Source: Escherichia phage mogra. Taken from it: a stretch of 64,000 nucleotides of DNA. A program made the translations under genes and the position numbers. Below are positions 58,715 to 64,000 of the stretch, piece by piece. Below the pieces are notes generated by a model. That model saw only the letters and a program-made list of their open reading frames with translations. It was not told where the DNA came from and ran no database searches. The stretch is from the sequence record MN850579.1; one strand, given 5' to 3'. Each line of letters begins with the position of its first letter. Position 1 is the stretch's first letter.

Positions 58715-58882
58715 ATGTCAGATAAGATTTGTGTTGTCTGTAAAACTCCAATCGATTCTGCATTGGTTGTTGAAACAGACAAAGGTCCAGCACATCCTGG
58801 TCCTTGTTATAATTATGTCCAACAATTACCGGTTTCAGAAAGTTCAGAAGAGCAATTGAACGAAACCCAACTTTTACTATAG
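58715..58882 (+). CDS. small Cys-containing protein (55 aa), uvsY.-2-like by position
   Basis: AGGAGG RBS plus ATG at 58715; MSDKICVVCKTPIDS...PGPCYNY contains a CxxC...C pattern; more plausible than the overlapping minus-strand track ORF. Confidence 0.4.
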   Translation: MSDKICVVCKTPIDSALVVETDKGPAHPGPCYNYVQQLPVSESSEEQLNETQLLL

Positions 58883-58903
58883 TGTTACCTTTTTTGCCTA
58901 TGG

Positions 58904-58938
58904 TTTTTGGCCCTTCCAAAAAGGTCGGGCCTTTTTTT
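58904..58938. terminator. bidirectional terminator between convergent units
   Basis: GC-rich dyad GGCCC...GGGCC (58909-58931) flanked by T-runs on both strands (TTTTT 58904-58908; TTTTTTT 58932-58938). Confidence 0.5.
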
Positions 58939-58940
58939 AA

Positions 58941-59171
58941 TTAGAAGTCTTCTTCCGCATCCTCATCATCGCCTTCAAGTTCGGCACGCTTACCTGCTAA
59001 GGCATCCCTGACAGAAATATCATCTGTATCTTTTAATTCCGTTTCTTTTATACGTTTCTTATAATAAGCTTCCAATTCTTCAAGCCCTTCTAGGGTGTGA
59101 CAACTAGCAATTTTACCCATGAATTCGTCAATAGATGCTTCGTATAAAAATTGTTTAAATTCAAGTACCAT
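58941..59171 (-). CDS. small acidic protein (76 aa), UvsW.1-like
   Basis: 76 aa as recalled for T4 UvsW.1; directly downstream of uvsW on the minus strand. Confidence 0.55.
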   Translation of the reverse strand: MVLEFKQFLYEASIDEFMGKIASCHTLEGLEELEAYYKKRIKETELKDTDDISVRDALAGKRAELEGDDEDAEEDF

Positions 59172-59184
59172 TTTTATCTCCTAA

Positions 59185-59196
59185 GGGCCGAAGCCC
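59185..59196 (-). other. intercistronic UUCG-loop hairpin between uvsW and the 76-aa ORF
   Basis: Minus-strand GGGCTTCGGCCC immediately after the uvsW stop and directly followed by the AGGAG RBS of the next gene. Confidence 0.45.
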
Positions 59197-60711
59197 TTAT
59201 AAATTAATTGTTTTCATTACATAGTTAAATTTCTCATCAGCGTAACGTTGGATACGATCAATACCGTGTTTTAACAAGTAATTAAGATGAGTATACTTCT
59301 TTTTAGTATTTAATGATTTAGGTTTTACACCTGCGTCATCGATGAGATCCCAAACTGTAGCAACAGCTTTAGAACCATGCTTACGAAGCACACGACCTAC
59401 GGTTTGAAGTACGATAATTTTTGATTTAACACCATGGGCAAAAATAACATGATGAAGATTCTTGACTGAAATACCAGTAGAGAATACTCCATATGATGCG
59501 ACAATAATAATGCCTTTACCATTTTCTGCCATGACTTTAAGCGCGTTACGTGTTTCAGTATCAACTTCACCTGATACGTAATAAACTTTTTCGTATCCAA
59601 GCTCTTTAATAGCTTCAAATATTTCTTTACCGTGTGTAACGTGTTTAAACATTACAAAAGCGTTCTCGTCTTTCTTAGCCAATTTGACTGAAAGTTGAGC
59701 AATCCACTTTGTACGTCGTTTTAGTCCGGTAATAATTTTAACTTCTTCTTGGTATGTTTTACCTTTTAATTTGGTGGCGAATTCGTCTGGATAACGAAGG
59801 AAAATACTATTAATCTTAAGCTCAGTTACCTGTCCATCTTCCATTAATTTAGACGTGCTAACAGGACGGAAGATTTCGCCGAACATACCTACGTATTGCA
59901 TTACATTGGCTTTTCCGTCTCTTAATGAGCCAGATAAACCGAATTTAAACATACAATTATTTAATCCTGCGATGATTGAAGAAATACTTTTGCCTGTTGC
60001 TAAGTGGCATTCATCGTTCATCATCATACCGAACTGAGAGAACCATTCTTTAGGCTGCTTAACTACTGTTTGCCATGTGCCAACAATAATTGGAGCGTCG
60101 TTTTTAGATTTGTCTGCTTTATCAGCACCACCGCCAATTTTCTTAATCATCGAATGACTAAACAAGCGATAATCAACAAAATCATTAGCCATCTGGGTTG
60201 TCAATGCTGTTGTAGGGACGATAATGAGAATTTTACCTTCATAATTCTCTAGATAATATCGAGCTAAAAGTGCTTGGATTAGTGATTTACCTGCTGATGT
60301 CGGAAGGTTTAAAATTCGACGACGATTAACTAGTCCTTCATATACTGCATCTTTTTGATACCAATGTGGTTCGATTTTGGCGTTGCCTGAATAAATTTCT
60401 TGTTTAGAAAGCCATGCGTCAAAATCTTCTCTGGTAAGGTCTTCGGTCTCAAAGATTTTAGGGTCAATCCATACAGAATAACTCATATTGCTACAGAACT
60501 TTTTTATTTGTCCTACAAGTCCATATGGTAACAAACGGTTGTAATCTAAAAGTCGAATTCTACCATCCCATTGCCCATAGCGATATTTTGGGTTAAATTT
60601 ATACCCGTCAGCTTCAAAGCTAAAAAAGTCACGAAGTTCGTAAAACGTACTTTCGTCGCATTCAATGCGCACGTGACTAAAATCATAAAAATGTACTTTA
60701 ATGTCAGTCAT
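59197..60711 (-). CDS. uvsW: UvsW SF2 DNA helicase (504 aa)
   Basis: MTDIKVHFYDFSHVRIECDESTFYELRDFFSFEADGYKFNPKYRYGQWDGRIRLL..., Walker A ...LPTSAGKSL..., DECH box; matches recalled T4 UvsW. Confidence 0.92.
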   Translation of the reverse strand: MTDIKVHFYDFSHVRIECDESTFYELRDFFSFEADGYKFNPKYRYGQWDGRIRLLDYNRLLPYGLVGQIKKFCSNMSYSVWIDPKIFETEDLTREDFDAWLSKQEIYSGNAKIEPHWYQKDAVYEGLVNRRRILNLPTSAGKSLIQALLARYYLENYEGKILIIVPTTALTTQMANDFVDYRLFSHSMIKKIGGGADKADKSKNDAPIIVGTWQTVVKQPKEWFSQFGMMMNDECHLATGKSISSIIAGLNNCMFKFGLSGSLRDGKANVMQYVGMFGEIFRPVSTSKLMEDGQVTELKINSIFLRYPDEFATKLKGKTYQEEVKIITGLKRRTKWIAQLSVKLAKKDENAFVMFKHVTHGKEIFEAIKELGYEKVYYVSGEVDTETRNALKVMAENGKGIIIVASYGVFSTGISVKNLHHVIFAHGVKSKIIVLQTVGRVLRKHGSKAVATVWDLIDDAGVKPKSLNTKKKYTHLNYLLKHGIDRIQRYADEKFNYVMKTINL

Positions 60712-60740
60712 GTCAAATTACCATGTAATAAATATAGTTA

Positions 60741-60748
60741 TATTTATA
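60741..60748 (-). promoter_or_regulatory. late promoter (TATAAATA) for uvsW
   Basis: Minus-strand TATAAATA 30 nt upstream of the uvsW ATG. Confidence 0.55.
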
Positions 60749-60761
60749 ATGAGGAAATACC

Positions 60762-61430
60762 ATGATCGATAAAGACTATATTGAAGAGTTACGTGCTCTT
60801 TCTGATAAAAAGGAAGCCAAAGCTAAACTGTTCGAATATGCGAAACAATTTGGCATTAGTGTTAAGAAAACAAAATCATTCGATAATATTGTTATTGATA
60901 TCGAAGAAGCTCTTAACGCACTGGCTGATGAACCATTACCTGAAACTGATGGATTATCTATCACTGATTTAATTACTGCCGCAGATGATGTGGACGGTGT
61001 TAATTTCACCAACGAAGAAGTTAAAGAAGAAGCTATTCTGTTGTTTGATTCTCCAACAGAACAAGTTGAAGTATTAGAAGTTGTCGAACAAGAAAAAGAA
61101 TTCGACCATGATAAATTCGAAGAAGCAATTACTCAGGTTGTTGAATCTGAAAAAGAGCCTGAGACAGAGGTAAATAAAGAAGTAAAATTTGTTCTGCCTG
61201 AAAATTTTAGTCCTACACTCATTAAATTAGGCAAAGCCCCAGGATATGTTACTGTTCCTTGGTGGATTTATCAATGGATAGCCGAAACCCCGGATTGGAA
61301 ATCTCGCCCAACTAGTTTTGTGCATGCTTCTGCTCACCAAACATTATTTAGCTTAATTTATTATATTAATCGCGACGGATCAGTTCTAATTCGTGAAACT
61401 CGTAATTCTTCTTTCGTAACATTAAAATAA
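60762..61430 (+). CDS. hypothetical acidic protein (222 aa); Inh-like (prohead protease inhibitor) by position and size
   Basis: Located immediately upstream of hoc as inh is in T4 (226 aa as recalled); not verified at sequence level. Confidence 0.45.
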   Translation: MIDKDYIEELRALSDKKEAKAKLFEYAKQFGISVKKTKSFDNIVIDIEEALNALADEPLPETDGLSITDLITAADDVDGVNFTNEEVKEEAILLFDSPTEQVEVLEVVEQEKEFDHDKFEEAITQVVESEKEPETEVNKEVKFVLPENFSPTLIKLGKAPGYVTVPWWIYQWIAETPDWKSRPTSFVHASAHQTLFSLIYYINRDGSVLIRETRNSSFVTLK

Positions 61431-61439
61431 GGATAACTT

Positions 61440-62570
61440 ATGGCTTTTACAGTTGATATAACTCCTAAAACACCTACTGGGGTTATAGATGAGACTAAGC
61501 AGTTTACTGCTACTCCCGGTGGTCAAACTGGAGATGGACCTATTACATATGCTTGGAGCGTAGATAATGTTCCTCAAGTAGGATCGGCCGAAACTTTTGA
61601 TTACGTGTTAAAAGGACCTGCTGGAACAAAAACAATTAAAGTTGTTGCAACAAATACAGTTCCAGAAGCTGAAGCTGAAACAGCAGAAGCTTCTACAACT
61701 ATCACGGTTAAAAATAAAACTCAGTCAACTACGTTGGCAGTAACTCCCAATAGTCCTTCAGCTGGAGTAATTGGAACCCCAGTTCAATTTACTGCTGCCT
61801 TAGCTTCTCAACCAGCTGGAGCGTCTGCTACGTATCAGTGGTATGTAGATGATTCACAGGTTGGTGGAGAAACTAACTCTACATTTAGCTATACTCCAAC
61901 TACAAGTGGAGTAAAAAGAATTAAATGTGTAGCCCAAGTAACTGCGACAGATTATGATGCAAAGGAAGTTACTTCGAATGAAGTATCATTAACGGTTAAT
62001 AAGAAGACAATGAATCCACAGGTTACATTGACTCCTCCTTCTATTAACGTTCAGCAAGATGCTTCGGCTACATTTACGGCTAATGTTACGGATGCTCCAG
62101 AAGAAGCGCAAATTGCGTATTCATGGAAGAAAGATTCTTCTCCTGTAGAAGGGTCAACTAATGTATATACCGTTGATACCTCATCTATTGGAAGTCAAAC
62201 TATTGAAGTTACTGCAACTATTACTGCAACTGATTACGATAGCAAAACTATTACAGCAGAAGGTCAAGTTCAGGTAACCGATAAAGTTGCTCCAGAACCA
62301 GAAGGTGAACTACCTTATGTTCATCCTCTTCCACATCGTACTTCAGCTTACATCTGGTGCGGTTGGTGGGTTATGGATGAAATCCAAAAAATGACTGAAG
62401 AAGGTAAAGATTGGAAAACTGAAGATCCAGATAGTAAATACTACCTGCATCGTTACACTCTTCAGAAGATGATGAAAGACTATCCGGAAGTTGATGTTCA
62501 AGAATCACGTAATGGATACATCATCCATAAAACTGCTTTGGAAACTGGTATCATCTATACATATCCATAA
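61440..62570 (+). CDS. hoc: Hoc highly immunogenic outer capsid protein (376 aa, Ig-like domains)
   Basis: MAFTVDITPKTPTGVIDETKQFTATPGGQTGDGPITYAWSVDNVPQ... and C-terminus ...LPYVHPLPHR...YIWCGWWVMDEIQKMTEEGKDWKTEDPDSKYYLHRYTLQKMM...GIIYTYP match recalled T4 Hoc (376 aa). Confidence 0.9.
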   Translation: MAFTVDITPKTPTGVIDETKQFTATPGGQTGDGPITYAWSVDNVPQVGSAETFDYVLKGPAGTKTIKVVATNTVPEAEAETAEASTTITVKNKTQSTTLAVTPNSPSAGVIGTPVQFTAALASQPAGASATYQWYVDDSQVGGETNSTFSYTPTTSGVKRIKCVAQVTATDYDAKEVTSNEVSLTVNKKTMNPQVTLTPPSINVQQDASATFTANVTDAPEEAQIAYSWKKDSSPVEGSTNVYTVDTSSIGSQTIEVTATITATDYDSKTITAEGQVQVTDKVAPEPEGELPYVHPLPHRTSAYIWCGWWVMDEIQKMTEEGKDWKTEDPDSKYYLHRYTLQKMMKDYPEVDVQESRNGYIIHKTALETGIIYTYP

Positions 62571-62576
62571 TCGTAA

Positions 62577-62603
62577 GGGGCTTCGGCCCCTTTCTTCGTT
62601 TTT
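62577..62603 (+). terminator. intrinsic terminator (GGGGCTTCGGCCCC + T-rich tract)
   Basis: UUCG-loop hairpin 62577-62590 followed by TTTCTTCGTTTTT. Confidence 0.6.
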
Positions 62604-62671
62604 AAAGCATACAAAACACAACTTGAGATTGATGTATATAATGGCACAAACCAAATAATACGGGATTGATT

Positions 62672-62866
62672 ATGAGAGCTGAAGTTGAAGTTTATACATT
62701 ACATGAGGCGGGATTTTCATTCGTAGAAATTGCTCAAAAAATTGGTTTACAACCTAAAGAAGTTGGATTACTATGGACTAAAGCCGAGACAGCTCGGTCA
62801 AAGTTTAAAGCAAAAGAAAAAGTTGTATACCGTAAACGTTTGATTAACAAAAAGGTGAAGAAATGA
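62672..62866 (+). CDS. small basic protein with HTH-like segment (64 aa from ATG 62672)
   Basis: ...TLHEAGFSFVEIAQKIGLQPKEVGLLW... resembles a helix-turn-helix; Lys-rich C-terminus; weak RBS. Confidence 0.4.
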   Translation: MRAEVEVYTLHEAGFSFVEIAQKIGLQPKEVGLLWTKAETARSKFKAKEKVVYRKRLINKKVKK

Positions 62867-63114
62867 GTTTTGCACAGGAATTAAGAGAAAGGGCTCTGGC
62901 CACTAAAGCTAATTTGTTGAGTGATTTTATTACTAACTTCTCTGTGATGGCAGAGAAAGCCGCTGACAAAGGCCAGACACAATTTACATACTATCCATCA
63001 AAGAATGATTTAACTATAACTGAACAAGTCGGTCAATGGCTTCGTGATAACGGCTTTCAGTACAAAATTAATCACGACCAGCGTGATGGTCATTGGATAG
63101 AAATCAAGTTCTAA
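62863..63114 (+). CDS. hypothetical protein (83 aa)
   Basis: ATGA-coupled ORF; no motif. Confidence 0.45.
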   Translation: MSFAQELRERALATKANLLSDFITNFSVMAEKAADKGQTQFTYYPSKNDLTITEQVGQWLRDNGFQYKINHDQRDGHWIEIKF

Positions 63115-63142
63115 TATGCTTTACAATTTTTGATGGTATAAT
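63115..63142 (+). promoter_or_regulatory. putative MotA-dependent middle promoter for rnlB
   Basis: taTGCTTTA at 63115-63123, 13-bp spacer, TATAAT at 63137-63142; a 7-bp hairpin CAGAGAC/GTCTCTG (63180-63196) lies in the leader. Confidence 0.5.
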
Positions 63143-63233
63143 GAATCTAGGTTCTATCCATTCAAATTAAACATCTAGTCAGAGACAGAGTCTCTGCTAA
63201 TTATTTTGATATTATTATTTATAATGGTGATTT

Positions 63234-64000
63234 ATGTTTAAGAAATACAGCAGTCTTGAAAACCACTACAACTCTAAGTTTATTGAAAAACTCTACACTA
63301 ATGGTTTGACTACTGGTGTTTGGGTAGCACGTGAGAAAATCCATGGGACTAACTTCTCGTTAATAATTGAACGTGACAACGTCACATGCGCCAAGCGCAC
63401 AGGCCCTATTCTTCCAGCAGAAGATTTTTATGGTTATGAAATCGTACTTAAGAAGTATGATAAAGCTATTAAAGCCGTTCAGGAATTCATGTACACAGCT
63501 CGAGCCGTATCATATCAAGTATTCGGTGAATTCGCTGGTGGTGGAATCCAGAAAGGTGTTGACTACGGTGAAAAAGATTTTTATGTGTTCGATATCCTTA
63601 TCAATACAGAAAGTGGTGATAATACGTATTTGACCGATTACGAAATGCAAGATTTCTGTAATGAATTCGGTTTTAAAATGGCACCAATGCTCGGTCGTGG
63701 AACATTCGATGCTCTTATCGCGATTCCAAATGACCTTGATTCCGTCTTAGCCGCTTATAATGCTACTGCGTCAGAAGACCTTGTAGAAGCAAATAATTGT
63801 GTATTTGATTCTAATGTTATTGGCGATAATACGGCAGAAGGTTATGTTCTGAAGCCTTGTTTCCCTAAATGGCTGCCAAACGGTACTCGTGTAGCTATTA
63901 AGTGCAAGAACTCTAAATTCAGTGAAAAGAAAAAGTCTGATAAGCCTATTAAAACTCATGTTCCATTAACCGAAATTGACAAAAACTTGCTTGATGTTCT
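63234..64000 (+). CDS. rnlB: RNA ligase 2 (T4 gene 24.1), 5' partial (runs off the window end)
   Basis: [60 protein letters not shown]... with ligase motif I KIHGTN; matches recalled T4 Rnl2. Absent from the ORF track because no stop codon lies in the window. Confidence 0.88.
   Translation, partial: MFKKYSSLENHYNSKFIEKLYTNGLTTGVWVAREKIHGTNFSLIIERDNVTCAKRTGPILPAEDFYGYEIVLKKYDKAIKAVQEFMYTARAVSYQVFGEFAGGGIQKGVDYGEKDFYVFDILINTESGDNTYLTDYEMQDFCNEFGFKMAPMLGRGTFDALIAIPNDLDSVLAAYNATASEDLVEANNCVFDSNVIGDNTAEGYVLKPCFPKWLPNGTRVAIKCKNSKFSEKKKSDKPIKTHVPLTEIDKNLLDV

Noticed and set aside
58713-58919. Minus-strand 68-aa track ORF
   Set aside because: It overlaps the plus-strand 55-aa ORF (58715-58882), which has a strong AGGAGG RBS, and it runs into the bidirectional terminator; judged spurious.
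62623-62642. Possible promoter TTGAGA...TATAAT upstream of the 62672 ORF
   Set aside because: The spacer between the -35-like and -10-like hexamers is only 8 bp; not a functional sigma-70 geometry.
63367-63633. Track ORF (+, 88 aa) near the window end
   Set aside because: It is out of frame inside the much longer rnlB reading frame (from ATG 63234), whose translation matches RNA ligase 2; the 88-aa frame is a chance ORF.

Overview
This window is a near-complete stretch of a T4-like (T-even, Tevenvirinae) myovirus genome, in reverse orientation relative to the conventional T4 map. All homology calls rest on my recollection of T4 protein sequences, lengths and gene order, not on a database search. 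The gene order is collinear with T4: topoisomerase II large subunit (39 and 60 fused into one ORF), rIIA, rIIB, ndd, topoisomerase subunit 52, motA, asiA, holin t, long tail fiber genes 38-37-36-35-34 (minus strand), rnh, dsbA, 33, 59, 32, frd, td, nrdA, an HNH endonuclease at the mobE locus, nrdB, denA, rnlA (63), a spanin pair, pseT, cd, 31, DNA ligase 30, alt, the baseplate hub cluster 54-48-29-28-27-51 (minus) and 26-25 (plus), uvsY, uvsW (minus), an inh-like ORF, hoc, and the 5' part of rnlB. Regulation is T4-style: numerous early promoters (GTTTAC -35, TATAAT-like -10), MotA-box middle promoters, TATAAATA late promoters, UUCG-tetraloop terminators and the gene 32 operator. Against this conserved backbone, the most interesting non-T4 cargo is: (1) a GT-B glycosyltransferase-like ORF between gene 39 and rIIA; (2) an AroG-type DAHP synthase lacking the N-terminal regulatory segment, next to cd; (3) a NADAR-domain protein with an adjacent HAD-like phosphatase, 3 kb upstream of the Alt ADP-ribosyltransferase; (4) early promoters embedded in stem-loops (PeSL-like), some as near-identical copies; and (5) a long structured non-coding region driving a 59-aa basic protein. 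td and nrdB are intron-less and no gene 60 bypass element is present.
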